Source: Verrucomicrobiales bacterium | GTDB taxonomy: Bacteria > Verrucomicrobiota > Verrucomicrobiia > Verrucomicrobiales > V1-33 | DNA length: 55,038 nt | Assembly (NCBI GenBank): GCA_031411295.1 | Contig: JANOAV010000068.1 | Coordinates: forward strand, 1-55,038 | Direction: 5' to 3' | In this document: positions 39,150-48,913 of the stretch, in pieces | Layout of the letters: each line of letters opens with the position of its first letter | Position numbering within the stretch: the stretch's first letter is position 1 | Notes under the pieces: generated by a model | Told to the model about the DNA's origin: nothing | Databases searched by the model: none | The model's input: the letters and a program-made list of their open reading frames with translations, nothing else | Program-made: the position numbers and the translations under genes

Positions 39150-41708
39150 ATGAGAAAGCCCGAGATGAATAAATCAAAATCCATATGGATGTTCAGCGCC
39201 CTGTGCGCTGCCGTCCTCCCATACACAACGCTCGTCGCGGGGCCTAGTGATTTCAGATCCGGTGGCGGCCCCGCTGGGACCGCCGATGCCGAAGTAATCA
39301 AACGCCTCCAGCGCATTGAAAATGCCCGCAAAGCCGAAGCCGATGGCGATCGCCTGATGGCTGATGGCGACTACGAAGGTGCCATTGGCAAATACCAAGA
39401 AGCGCTCAGCGGGATTCCTAATGCTCCCATGGCGGCCGCTGATCGTAGCCGAATCATCGCGAAGTTTTCCCAGGCATGCATCAAGCAGGCGGACAAACTC
39501 GGCAAGATGGGCCGTTTCGATGAAGCCAAAACGCTCTTGAAACGCGTTCTCGCGGAAGATGTTGATCAGGATAATGCTTCCGCCAAGACATTGCTCAAGC
39601 GACTGGATGATCCGGATTATTACAATCCCTCCATGACCGACAAGCACTACAAGAACACCGAAGAAGTGTCCCGCTTGCTCAAAGAAGGACTGGGATACTA
39701 CGATCTGGGGCAATTCAACGAAGCTGAAGAATCCTTCAACAAAATCCTCGCGATCGATCCCCATAACGTGGCCGCCCGCCGCCAATTGGAGAAGACAGAA
39801 CACGAGATCGACAACTATCTCGTTTCCGCGCGTGACCATACCCGTGCCCACATGCTCCGGATGGTCGATGAAATCTGGGAAACCGCCGTGCCGCATGCGG
39901 TGCCAATCAATAAAGATAAAGACACAGGTGGCAATGGCAATACCCAGGGCACTGCGATTCTGCTGAAACTCCGGAATACCAACCTCCAACGTCTCAGCTT
40001 CGAGCAGGCCAGCATTGATGAAGTAATTGCCTACCTCCGCGCCAAGAGCGTCGAACTGGACAACATCGATCCCAACAAGGCCGGGGTGAATTTCATTCTC
40101 CAAACCAAAGGCAAACAAACTGCTCCGATTACCTTGGACCTGCGTGATGTGCCGATGATTGTCGCGTTGGATCAGATTTGTGCCTTGGCTGGTCTCAGCT
40201 ACCGCATTGATGCTCACGCTGTCGTGATCACATCCATCGACGGGTCCAGCAATCGCTTGGAAACCCGCGTATTCCGCGTCCCGCCCAATTTCTTGAGCAC
40301 TGCTGGTGGTGGTGGTGGTGCCGCTGCCCCGGCCGCCGCGGCGGATCCCTTTGCCGCGCCAGCCGCCGGTGGGGCTGCTGCCGGTGGATCTAGTTTGGGT
40401 GCCCCCCCTACCGCACGGACGGTTTTGAATGCCCTTGGCGCTAATTTTGAAGCTCCCGGTTCCGAGGCCACCTTCCTTCCTGGAAGCAGCCGTCTGATCG
40501 TCAAGAACACGCTCCAACAGCTCGATTTTATCGAGAAAATCATCGACGACCTCGGCAAGCAAGTCGCCAAGCAAGTGAACATCACCACCAAGTTCGTGGA
40601 AATTTCCCAACGGAATGGTGAAGAACTTGGTTTTGATACGCTCATCGGTGCTTTCAACATCGGCCACCGCACCTTCGGCGCTGGGGGCACCGCTGGAAAT
40701 CAAGGTCCTGTCAACGCCGTGGATTATCCTTTCCTCGACCCTAATGGCTCTGCCAGCGCGACCCCGACCATTACTGGTCAAAACCCCGTCTCCAACGGTC
40801 TCCGTGGCGGCAGTCGTGCTATCGCCACCAATGCGGTTGATGGTCTTCTCGCTAACGGCATCGCTTCCCAAGGGGCGAAACTGGCTGCGCCCGGCATCCT
40901 TTCCCTCGCTGGTGTATTCACCGACCCTCAGTTCCAGATCGTGCTTCGTGCTCTGAGCCAGAAGAAGGGGGTTGACCTCATGACCGCTCCTAGCATCGTG
41001 ACCAAGTCTGGTCAGCGTGCCAAGATCGAAATTATCCGTGAGTTCCCTTACCCCACCGATTTCGATCCACCACAAATTCCGCAAACCTTCGGTGCCACCA
41101 GCCTGAACGGTGGTGGTGGTGGTCTCCCGGGCGGTGGCACTACTGCCGTTTCTGCCAGCTCCTTCCCAGTTACCCCAACCACTCCCACCACCTTCACGGT
41201 CCGTAACACCGGTGTGACGATGGAAGTGGATCCAGTGATCGGTGAAGATGGCTACACCATCGACCTGACTCTGGCTCCTGAAGTGGTTGAATTCGAAGGC
41301 TTCATCAACTATGGCAGCCCGATCAACTCCAGCGCGATTAATGCTCTGGGCGTTCCTACCACCTTGACCCTCACCGAGAACCGCATTGAGCAACCTGTGT
41401 TCGCCACTCGTAAACTCAATACCTCCGTCACTATCTGGGATGGCCAGACCGTTGGGATCGGTGGTTTGATGCGGGAAGATGTCCAAATGGTGGAGGACAA
41501 AGTGCCTCTCCTCGGAGACATTCCTTTCTTGGGCCGCCTTTTCAAGACCAAGTCTGAAGAGCACTTCAAGAAGAACCTCATGGTTTACGTCTCCGCCGTG
41601 CTGATCGATCCTTCCGGTGGTCGCATCAACAATCGTCGCGAGTCCACCCCAGATACCCCTGAGGCCCCCGGCCCAGGTCCAGCTACCGATTTGATCCCAG
41701 CCCCCTAA
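39150..41708 (+). CDS. pilQ: Amuc_1098-like outer-membrane secretin (PilQ/GspD family) with TPR repeats
   Basis: N-terminal TPRs, QVNITTKFVEI, APSIVTKSGQRAKIEI, and the secretin C-terminal motif DKVPLLGDIPFLGRLF. Confidence 0.92.
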   Translation: MRKPEMNKSKSIWMFSALCAAVLPYTTLVAGPSDFRSGGGPAGTADAEVIKRLQRIENARKAEADGDRLMADGDYEGAIGKYQEALSGIPNAPMAAADRSRIIAKFSQACIKQADKLGKMGRFDEAKTLLKRVLAEDVDQDNASAKTLLKRLDDPDYYNPSMTDKHYKNTEEVSRLLKEGLGYYDLGQFNEAEESFNKILAIDPHNVAARRQLEKTEHEIDNYLVSARDHTRAHMLRMVDEIWETAVPHAVPINKDKDTGGNGNTQGTAILLKLRNTNLQRLSFEQASIDEVIAYLRAKSVELDNIDPNKAGVNFILQTKGKQTAPITLDLRDVPMIVALDQICALAGLSYRIDAHAVVITSIDGSSNRLETRVFRVPPNFLSTAGGGGGAAAPAAAADPFAAPAAGGAAAGGSSLGAPPTARTVLNALGANFEAPGSEATFLPGSSRLIVKNTLQQLDFIEKIIDDLGKQVAKQVNITTKFVEISQRNGEELGFDTLIGAFNIGHRTFGAGGTAGNQGPVNAVDYPFLDPNGSASATPTITGQNPVSNGLRGGSRAIATNAVDGLLANGIASQGAKLAAPGILSLAGVFTDPQFQIVLRALSQKKGVDLMTAPSIVTKSGQRAKIEIIREFPYPTDFDPPQIPQTFGATSLNGGGGGLPGGGTTAVSASSFPVTPTTPTTFTVRNTGVTMEVDPVIGEDGYTIDLTLAPEVVEFEGFINYGSPINSSAINALGVPTTLTLTENRIEQPVFATRKLNTSVTIWDGQTVGIGGLMREDVQMVEDKVPLLGDIPFLGRLFKTKSEEHFKKNLMVYVSAVLIDPSGGRINNRRESTPDTPEAPGPGPATDLIPAP

Positions 41709-41734
41709 GTCAGGCTTGGATTAACACCTTCAGC

Positions 41735-41769
41735 AAGGGGTGGAGATTAATTTCTCCACCCCTTTTCTT
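41735..41769 (+). terminator. Rho-independent terminator of the pilus operon
   Basis: AAGGGGTGGAGA-TTAATT-TCTCCACCCCTT stem followed by a T-rich tail, 26 nt after the secretin stop codon. Confidence 0.9.
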
Positions 41770-41876
41770 GTAAATTTCTCAGGATTGGTTCGCTCCCTCT
41801 TGCAATCCCCGGTCAACGCGCCTATGCACTGCCTTTCAGACCGTATTCTCTCTCCTAGCAATTTCTCTTTCGCCCC

Positions 41877-42956
41877 ATGGTCTCAGTAATTATTCGCAAC
41901 CTCAGCAAACGTTTTGGCCGCACCGTGGCGTTGAATGCCGTCAATCTGCGGATTGAGCCAGGCGAACTGTTCTTCCTGCTGGGAGCTTCTGGCTGTGGCA
42001 AGACGACACTGTTGCGGCACATCGCTGGATTTTATGAGCCAGACCAGGGCCACATTTTCTTTGATGCCCGGGAAGTAACGCGGGTGCCACCCCACAAGCG
42101 CAACTGTGCCATGATGTTCCAGAGCTATGCGCTCTGGCCCCACCTCTCAGTTGAGGAGAACGTCGCCTTTGGCCTCAAGGAACGCAAGATTGGCAAATCC
42201 GAAATCGGTGCCAGCGTATCAGAAGCGCTGAACTTGGTCAAGATGGGTGAATATGGGGAGCGCAAAGTGAATCAACTTTCGGGCGGACAGCAACAACGGG
42301 TGGCCCTGGCACGTGCCTTGGTCGTGCGGCCCGACTGTCTCCTCCTAGATGAACCGCTCTCCAACTTAGACACCAAGTTGCGCATTGAAATGCGCAGTGA
42401 GATCCGGCGGATCACCAAGAAATTCGGTCTAACCGCCGTTTACGTGACCCATGACCAGAAGGAAGCGCTGAGCATGGGGGATCGCATGGCCATCATGGAG
42501 AAGGGCGTGCTCGCTCAAGTCGGAACGCCGCGGGAAGTCTATCGGCAACCCAAGACCATGAGCGTGGCGAGCTTCATTGGAGAGGCAAATTTTCTCCCGG
42601 GGGAGATTGAAGGGGAAACGAGTCGCGTCGGTTATTGGAGCGTGAGCACGAGCCACGGAAGGTTCTGGGGCCAGATCACCGATCCGGCCCAGCGTCCCCA
42701 GGCCGGGGATTTGGTCACGCTCTGTCTGCGGCCAGAAGCGCTGCGGTTGGCGGAGGTGCCGGAGAAGATCAACAGCATTACCGGGCACTTGGCAGATGCC
42801 ATTTACTTGGGAGAGCATGCGCAATATCAAGTCCGCGATGATCGGGGCCGCAGTTTCCGCATCACCGAGGTGAACCCGATCGGCTTGCGCGCTAACAGTG
42901 ACGGGCCAGTCTATATTGTGGCGGATCCAGCCGATGTCATGATTCTTCGCAAATGA
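41877..42956 (+). CDS. ABC transporter ATP-binding protein (FbpC/PotA-like)
   Basis: Motifs GASGCGKTT, FQSYALWPH, LSGGQQQR and LDEPLSNLD. Confidence 0.92.
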   Translation: MVSVIIRNLSKRFGRTVALNAVNLRIEPGELFFLLGASGCGKTTLLRHIAGFYEPDQGHIFFDAREVTRVPPHKRNCAMMFQSYALWPHLSVEENVAFGLKERKIGKSEIGASVSEALNLVKMGEYGERKVNQLSGGQQQRVALARALVVRPDCLLLDEPLSNLDTKLRIEMRSEIRRITKKFGLTAVYVTHDQKEALSMGDRMAIMEKGVLAQVGTPREVYRQPKTMSVASFIGEANFLPGEIEGETSRVGYWSVSTSHGRFWGQITDPAQRPQAGDLVTLCLRPEALRLAEVPEKINSITGHLADAIYLGEHAQYQVRDDRGRSFRITEVNPIGLRANSDGPVYIVADPADVMILRK

Positions 42957-42963
42957 CTTTCGT

Positions 42964-44646
42964 ATGAAGAAATACCTCGTCGTTTTTACTGCGTTGGTGA
43001 TCACGGTGATCATTCCGTTCGTGCTCCGGCCTTCGGAGGATCGGAAGGAGGTTCAGGAGGGCGGCACGTTGACAATTATTTCCCCCCACGTGGAATCCAT
43101 CCGCACGGAGTTTACGCGTGGCTTCCAGCGCTTCATGTGGGATAGAGAGCAGCGGAATGTGGAAATCCAGTGGCTAACTCCTGGGGGGACGTCAGAGATC
43201 GATAAATATGTGGACACCGAGTATCGCGCGGTGTTCGAGGCGCATTGGAAGAAGACCCAACTCACCGATTGGCGGCCGGTCTTGGCCAATGCGGTGGCCA
43301 TGAGCAAGGTGCCGGACGATGCGGAGCAAGAACTCAAGGCTGCCCGGGAGGTGTTCTTGAATTCCAACTTGGGCGTGAAGGTGGATTTATTTTTCGGTGG
43401 TGGCACCCCTGATTTTGAAAAGGCCAAGAACAAAGGCTATCTCGTGGCCACCGACCCTTCGGGTGAATATGGTTTGGCAGCCATCAAGAAGGCCCATCCA
43501 GACTGGTTCTCTGATGAGGTCATCCCGCAGAAATTCAATGGCCAACCACTCTACGATCCAGAATTATGCTGGGCGGGGAATTGCCTTTCGACCTTCGGTA
43601 TCGTTTACAACTCGGACTTACTCCAGCGGCTGAGTATTGACTCCCCGCCACAGCAGTGGGCGGATCTAACGAATCCAAATTACGCTGGTTACATCGCCCT
43701 GGCGGATCCAGGCAAGAGCGGATCCGCCGCCATGGCCTTTGAAATGATCATCCAGCAGCAAATTCAAATTGCCGTGGCGCAGCAAAAAAAGCGTGCGGCT
43801 GAACCCGCGCCCGCCCTAGGCCAGGCCCCGGTGCTGACGGCCTCCGAGGCATTACCCAAAACCGAAGCAGAAGCCATTGCTTACGGCTGGAATCGCGGGC
43901 TGCAGCTGATCCAGCGCATTGCTGCCAATGCCCGCTACTTCACGGATTCCGCACCCCGTCCCCCACAGGATGTGGCTAATGGCGAGGCGGCTGCCGGGAT
44001 GGCGATTGATTTCTACGGGCGCACTTTTGTCGAGAAACATCAGCGTCCAGACGGCACGAGCCGGGTCGTTTACCTCACTCCAGTCGGCGGTAGTTCGGTC
44101 AACGCAGATCCCATTGGCATGTATCGCGGAGCCCCCAATCCAAAACTCGCCAGTCAGTTCATGGAATTTGTGCTCAGCCCCGCAGGCCAGCGGATTTGGG
44201 GGTATCGTGCCGGGACTCCTGGTGGCCCCACGCGGAAAGCCTTGCGCCGCCTGCCCATTCGCAAAGATTTCTATGCTCCGGAAGAGCAGGCTTACGCGGC
44301 TGATCCCCAAGAGAAGCCCTACGAGCAAACTTCCTTTATTTACGAACCCAAATATACCCGCTCCACCTTCAATGCCCTCCGGGTCATCATCCGCGCCATG
44401 TGCCTGGACACGCAGGAGGAAATGAAGACGGTCTGGAAGGAACTTTGTGATCATGGACTCCCTCCCAGGGCACTGCAAAACTTCAGTGACCTCCGCATCA
44501 TCAGCTATGAGAAAGTTACAGGCGATCTGACGCGCATCTTCAATGGCAGCGACAAAATCCAGCAAGCCCGCATCGCCCGAGATTTGGCGGGGTATTTTCG
44601 CAACCAATACCAGAATGCCGCGGAACTGGCGAAGCGGGGCGAGTAA
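42964..44646 (+). CDS. ABC transporter extracellular solute-binding protein (iron/AfuA-like family)
   Basis: N-terminal anchor and motifs IISPH, DLFFGGG, GIVYN, WADL and ADPGKSGS. Confidence 0.8.
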   Translation: MKKYLVVFTALVITVIIPFVLRPSEDRKEVQEGGTLTIISPHVESIRTEFTRGFQRFMWDREQRNVEIQWLTPGGTSEIDKYVDTEYRAVFEAHWKKTQLTDWRPVLANAVAMSKVPDDAEQELKAAREVFLNSNLGVKVDLFFGGGTPDFEKAKNKGYLVATDPSGEYGLAAIKKAHPDWFSDEVIPQKFNGQPLYDPELCWAGNCLSTFGIVYNSDLLQRLSIDSPPQQWADLTNPNYAGYIALADPGKSGSAAMAFEMIIQQQIQIAVAQQKKRAAEPAPALGQAPVLTASEALPKTEAEAIAYGWNRGLQLIQRIAANARYFTDSAPRPPQDVANGEAAAGMAIDFYGRTFVEKHQRPDGTSRVVYLTPVGGSSVNADPIGMYRGAPNPKLASQFMEFVLSPAGQRIWGYRAGTPGGPTRKALRRLPIRKDFYAPEEQAYAADPQEKPYEQTSFIYEPKYTRSTFNALRVIIRAMCLDTQEEMKTVWKELCDHGLPPRALQNFSDLRIISYEKVTGDLTRIFNGSDKIQQARIARDLAGYFRNQYQNAAELAKRGE

Positions 44647-44648
44647 GT

Positions 44649-45617
44649 TTAGCTGGGGATGGCGTCCTCACGTTTCATGGATCCCAACTGAAGCCAATAG
44701 AGCACACTCATGCGCGCAGCGATCCCGTTTTCCACCTGCTCGTTGATGAGGCATTTCTCGTAGTGCATGACATCATCCACTAATTCCACCCCGCGGTTCA
44801 CCGGTCCTGGATGCATGATCCAGATGCCTTTCTGGCGAATGTGGTCCAGTCGCTCATTGGTCACCCCGTAGAGATGATGGTATTCGTGCAGGCTGGGAAA
44901 GAACTGATCTTTCTGCCGTTCCAATTGAATCCGGAGCAGGTAAATCACATCCGGTTCCCATTGGAACGCTTCATCGAAACTCTTCAACGCCACAATGTCG
45001 TCGTGCCGTTCATCCGGAATCAGCGGGCCGGGGCCTAGCACGGCTACTTTGGCTCCCAGCTTCCGCAGAATCATGCTCGTGCTACGCGCCACGCGGGAGT
45101 GGAGAATATCCCCGACGATGATGACTCGTTTCCCGGCCACGGTCCCGCAGCGTTCCACGATGGTGTAGGCATCGAGCAACGCCTGGGTCGGATGGGCATG
45201 GTAGCCGTCGCCCGCATTGATGACAGACGCCGGGGAATGCTTCGCAATGAGATTGGCAATCCCCGCCGCCGCATGGCGCACAATGATGAAATCCACCTGC
45301 AGGCTTTGCAGCGTGGAAATGGTGTCCACCACCGTCTCCCCCTTGACGACCGAACTAGTGGAGACGGTAAAGTTAGTCACATCCGCGCTCAGGCGCTTGG
45401 CTGCGATCTCGAAGCTGCTGCGGGTCCGCGTGCTGGGCTCATAGAACAACGTCAGCACATGCTTGCCCTTGAGCACCGGCACCTTCTTGGTTTTCCGCCG
45501 CATGATGTCCTTGAAGAGCGGCGTTTTATCCAAGATAAACTGCAACTCCTCCAGCCGCAGGCTTTCAATATCAATCAGGTCCTTCCGCCCCACGGCGTTT
45601 ACATTTTGTTCGTTCAT
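44649..45617 (-). CDS. pyrB: Aspartate carbamoyltransferase catalytic subunit
   Basis: Motifs FYEPSTRTRSSF, NAGDGYHAHPTQ, GDILHSRVARS and MHPGPVNRG. Confidence 0.97.
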   Translation of the reverse strand: MNEQNVNAVGRKDLIDIESLRLEELQFILDKTPLFKDIMRRKTKKVPVLKGKHVLTLFYEPSTRTRSSFEIAAKRLSADVTNFTVSTSSVVKGETVVDTISTLQSLQVDFIIVRHAAAGIANLIAKHSPASVINAGDGYHAHPTQALLDAYTIVERCGTVAGKRVIIVGDILHSRVARSTSMILRKLGAKVAVLGPGPLIPDERHDDIVALKSFDEAFQWEPDVIYLLRIQLERQKDQFFPSLHEYHHLYGVTNERLDHIRQKGIWIMHPGPVNRGVELVDDVMHYEKCLINEQVENGIAARMSVLYWLQLGSMKREDAIPS

Positions 45618-46180
45618 CGGACCCTGGTTCCCTTCTTTTGATGTAAGTAAACTCCGTCATGCCCATCCTCTTCCTTCAGGGCCACCTGGATGTATTCGCC
45701 CGGGCGCGTTTCGTAAACCAATCCGCAGTAATCCGGCTGAATCGGCAATTCCCGATGCCCCCGATCCACCAGCACCGCGAGTTCGATCTTGGGCGGTCGG
45801 CCGAAATCCAGCAGCTCATCGATCGCTGCCCGAATCGTGCGGCCAGTAAAGAGGACGTCGTCGAATAAAATCACGCAACGCTCGTCGAGGTCAGGAATCT
45901 CCATTTTGCTTCGCCCCAGATCCATCATGGCTTCCAAATTGTGCAGGTCATCCCGGTGGAACGTGATGTCCATCTCCCCCAGCACTATGTCCTGCCGCGT
46001 CTCCTGCAAGATCTGCCTCATCCGCTGGGCCAGTGGTCCGCCGCGTTTGCGAATTCCGACAAACGCTAACTTCCGTTCCGGGTGTCGTTTCAAGATCGCC
46101 AACGCCATGTCTCGCAACGCAGCCTCCAGCTCCGTTGCGGACAAAAGTTCCGTGACTCCATCGATCATTCCATCAGACAT
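45614..46180 (-). CDS. pyrR: Bifunctional pyr operon regulator/uracil phosphoribosyltransferase
   Basis: Motifs DITFHRDD, DDVLFTGRTIRAA and LVDRGHRELPIQPD. Start placed at ATG 46180; overlaps the pyrB start. Confidence 0.95.
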   Translation of the reverse strand: MSDGMIDGVTELLSATELEAALRDMALAILKRHPERKLAFVGIRKRGGPLAQRMRQILQETRQDIVLGEMDITFHRDDLHNLEAMMDLGRSKMEIPDLDERCVILFDDVLFTGRTIRAAIDELLDFGRPPKIELAVLVDRGHRELPIQPDYCGLVYETRPGEYIQVALKEEDGHDGVYLHQKKGTRVR

Positions 46181-46325
46181 GGCCACCAGCCTGAACCACC
46201 TTCGCCAAAATGCAAGATTCAAGTCACGCGGACGGGAGCGATGAGGGAGAATTATCAAGAAATTGTGTTTACGATGGTTCGATGGAAAGGGTAAGAATGA
46301 GGCTGATCTCCATTTTGGCGCATAT

Positions 46326-46784
46326 ATGAAAACGAACTTCTCAGCAAAAGTAAGGACGCGCTGCTCAGCGCTGATCGCAGTTGGTATCTCGATGCTGTTT
46401 TCAAGTTGTTCGTCAATGATCTACCAAAGCGGGAAGCATAAGAATGTCTTGAAGACCGGCACCGCAAGAATTGCTGTTATGGCAGAACTTGGGGAGCCGC
46501 TGAAATCTACCATCATCCCGGTCGGTTCCGTCACCGGTGGCTCCGAGCCTTCCACTAAGAAAGCCCGCGTGGATACTTACCTAACCAAGGAGGTCATTGC
46601 TGACTGGAACTTATCATCGGGTGCCGGTATGCTCGGTAGCATGACGTATGGGTTAAGTGAGTTGATCGCTGTGCCGGGCGCGCTGGGGCACTTCGTTCCC
46701 CGTCAAAAGGCTCTAACAATTCGATACAACGACAAGGACCTCCTTTCGCGGTATTTCCTAAATTACGACCCGCCCAGCCAATGA
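46326..46784 (+). CDS. Hypothetical lipoprotein
   Basis: Hydrophobic signal ending LFSSC (lipobox-like), followed by 'ELGEP' and 'TYGLSELI'. Confidence 0.65.
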   Translation: MKTNFSAKVRTRCSALIAVGISMLFSSCSSMIYQSGKHKNVLKTGTARIAVMAELGEPLKSTIIPVGSVTGGSEPSTKKARVDTYLTKEVIADWNLSSGAGMLGSMTYGLSELIAVPGALGHFVPRQKALTIRYNDKDLLSRYFLNYDPPSQ

Positions 46785-46830
46785 AAGGGCGGAGTTTCAG
46801 GGCGGCCCGAGCAGGTGGCAATCCAACGCG

Positions 46831-46858
46831 ATCTTTTACCAGAAATCTTTTACCAGAA
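46831..46858 (+). repeat. Perfect 14-bp tandem direct repeat
   Basis: ATCTTTTACCAGAA x2, intergenic. Confidence 0.8.
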
Positions 46859-46939
46859 GTTTTGGCCGGAGTGGGTGTGGCCCATTTGCGGGAACGTTTC
46901 GTCTTGAGACTGGCTGCGCCCTCCGCCACCATCACCACT

Positions 46940-48433
46940 ATGCGCCCACTCATTCTTTTTCTTGCCCTCACCCTGCCCGCCATTGCCCGTGCCGAGCCCG
47001 AGCGCCTGGTGAGTTTTTACAAACAAGTCCGCCCCATTTTCCAAGCCAAGTGTCACGGTTGCCATCAGCCCGCCAAGGCTAAGGGGGAACTTATTATGAC
47101 GTCCCATGCCGCCCTCCTCAAAGGTGGCCACGACGGAACTGCGATCCAAGCGGGCAAGCCGGATGAAAGTAATCTGCTGAAGCGACTCCTGCTCCCGCGC
47201 GAAGAAAAGGAGGCCATGCCGCCGAAAGATGGTCCCCTGCCGGAAACGGAACTGGCATTGATTAAACGCTGGATCACAGAAGGCGCGGCGGATGACACCC
47301 CTTCCAATGCGGTGGCTAAATATGATGCCACCCACCCGCCCGTTTACACCCTGCCGCCAGGCATCAACGCCTTGGATTACTCACCGGATGGGGCTTTGCT
47401 AGCGGTGGCGGGGTTCCACGAAATCTTGCTGCATAAAGCGGACGGGAGTGCTTTGGTCGGTCGGCTCATCGGCTTGTCGGATCGCATTACCGCCGTGCGA
47501 TTCTCGCCCGACGGATCGCTCCTGGCTGCCACGGGCGGACTGGCGGCCCGGATGGGCGAGGTGCAGATCTGGGAGGTGGCGACTCAGAAATTGTTGCTTT
47601 CCGTGCCCGTCACTAACGACACCATTTATGGCGCAAATTGGTCGCCCGATGGCACGCTAGTGAGCTTCGGTTGCGCAGACACCAAATCGGTCCGCGCGAT
47701 TGATGCCAAGACAGGCGAGCAGAAACTCTTCATGGCCAGTCATGACGATTGGGTGTTCGATACGGTCTTTTCCGCCAAGGGCGATCACATTGTTAGCGTG
47801 GGACGGGATATGACCACAAAACTAACCGAAGTGGCCACCCAGCGATTCGTGGATAACCTAACGTCCATCACCCCCGGCAGCTTGAAGGGCGGGCTCGCCT
47901 CCATCGCGCGTCATCCGGTGCGCGATGAAGTCTTGGTGGGGGGAGCGGACGGTATGCCGCAGATTTATCGGATGTTCCGTTTGGTGGGCCGACGCATTGG
48001 AGACAACTCGAATTTGATCAAGAAATACGCCCCGCTGACTGGCCGTATTTTTGCGGTGGACTACAGCCGGGACGGGAAACGCGTGGCCGCCGGCAGTAGC
48101 TTGGATGGTCAGGGACAGGTGAAAATTTATAACGCAGATTTTGATACCGCCCTGCCGGATAACATCAAAGGCATTTACGGCAAGGTGGGCACCAGCCGCA
48201 GTGCCGAAGAAAATGCCGCCGTGGAAAAATACGTCACGGATGGAGCCACCCAACTGGCTTCGCTCGACATTTCCACGGGAGTTTACACGGTCCGATTCAA
48301 CCCCGATGGCACCATCCTGGCTGTCGCAGGCCAGGACGGGAAAATCCGCCTGATTGATACAGCGAATGGCACTGTGAAATCCGAGTTCCTCCCGGTGACC
48401 TTGTCTGCCAGTGGGACGGTAGGAGTAAAGTAA
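46940..48433 (+). CDS. Planctomycete-type cytochrome c domain + WD40 repeat protein
   Basis: Signal peptide from ATG 46940, VRPIFQAKCHGCH (CxxCH), AMPP...WITEGA, then repeated 'F/YSPDG' WD40 blades. Confidence 0.9.
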   Translation: MRPLILFLALTLPAIARAEPERLVSFYKQVRPIFQAKCHGCHQPAKAKGELIMTSHAALLKGGHDGTAIQAGKPDESNLLKRLLLPREEKEAMPPKDGPLPETELALIKRWITEGAADDTPSNAVAKYDATHPPVYTLPPGINALDYSPDGALLAVAGFHEILLHKADGSALVGRLIGLSDRITAVRFSPDGSLLAATGGLAARMGEVQIWEVATQKLLLSVPVTNDTIYGANWSPDGTLVSFGCADTKSVRAIDAKTGEQKLFMASHDDWVFDTVFSAKGDHIVSVGRDMTTKLTEVATQRFVDNLTSITPGSLKGGLASIARHPVRDEVLVGGADGMPQIYRMFRLVGRRIGDNSNLIKKYAPLTGRIFAVDYSRDGKRVAAGSSLDGQGQVKIYNADFDTALPDNIKGIYGKVGTSRSAEENAAVEKYVTDGATQLASLDISTGVYTVRFNPDGTILAVAGQDGKIRLIDTANGTVKSEFLPVTLSASGTVGVK

Positions 48434-48522
48434 ACCCTACTTTTTGGCTGGCGGGCTCAGGGTGCAGGACCAAAATGACTAGCGGATTTCGCAGTCAAAA
48501 CCAGCGAATCATGGCCGCTCTC

Positions 48523-48768
48523 AGTCCTGTAAGGACGAGGCATCAAAGCCCAGAGTGGAGCGAAGCGTAACTCTGGGTATCCAACGCCCAAAAGACCAAG
48601 CCCTGGAAGGGCGAGACACCGCAGCACGCACACATCACGCCTTACCTTGAGGTGCCAATTGCCCATGTTCCCTTGTTTCGCCCTTAGAAGGCTTTTGCTT
48701 GTGTGTGACTGGAACCCGAGGCTGCGCTGTGCTTGCCTTGGGCTTTGATGTCTCGTCCTTACAGGACT
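48523..48768. repeat. Long palindromic REP/MITE-like element
   Basis: 30-bp terminal inverted repeats (48523-48552 vs 48739-48768, 29/30 match) with internal hairpins such as CCCAGAGT...ACTCTGGG and GCCCT..AGGGC. Confidence 0.8.
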
Positions 48769-48819
48769 TGAGAAAGTGAACCTGATGATTAGTTAGAGGC
48801 TTTTTCTAAGTTGCCTTTG

Positions 48820-48852
48820 AGATGAGGTGATCCCTCCGGGATCACTTCATCT
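48820..48852. terminator. Hairpin between convergent genes, possible terminator
   Basis: AGATGAGGTGATCCC-TCC-GGGATCACTTCATCT (15-bp stem with one G-T pair). No clear U tract. Confidence 0.4.
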
Positions 48853-48913
48853 TGACCGCAACTTGGAATTAGACACGCGCCGACGAGCCGTGAGAAATCC
48901 TCCGAGCAAGTGC

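Noticed and set aside
40305..40320. (GGT)5 trinucleotide run as a contingency locus
   Set aside because: It encodes an in-frame Gly linker in the secretin; unit changes would not shift the frame.
39174..41564. 796-aa minus-strand ORF
   Set aside because: Antisense shadow of the secretin gene.
46181..46325. PyrR attenuator leader upstream of pyrR-pyrB
   Set aside because: No recognisable PyrR-binding loop or terminator/antiterminator hairpins by eye.
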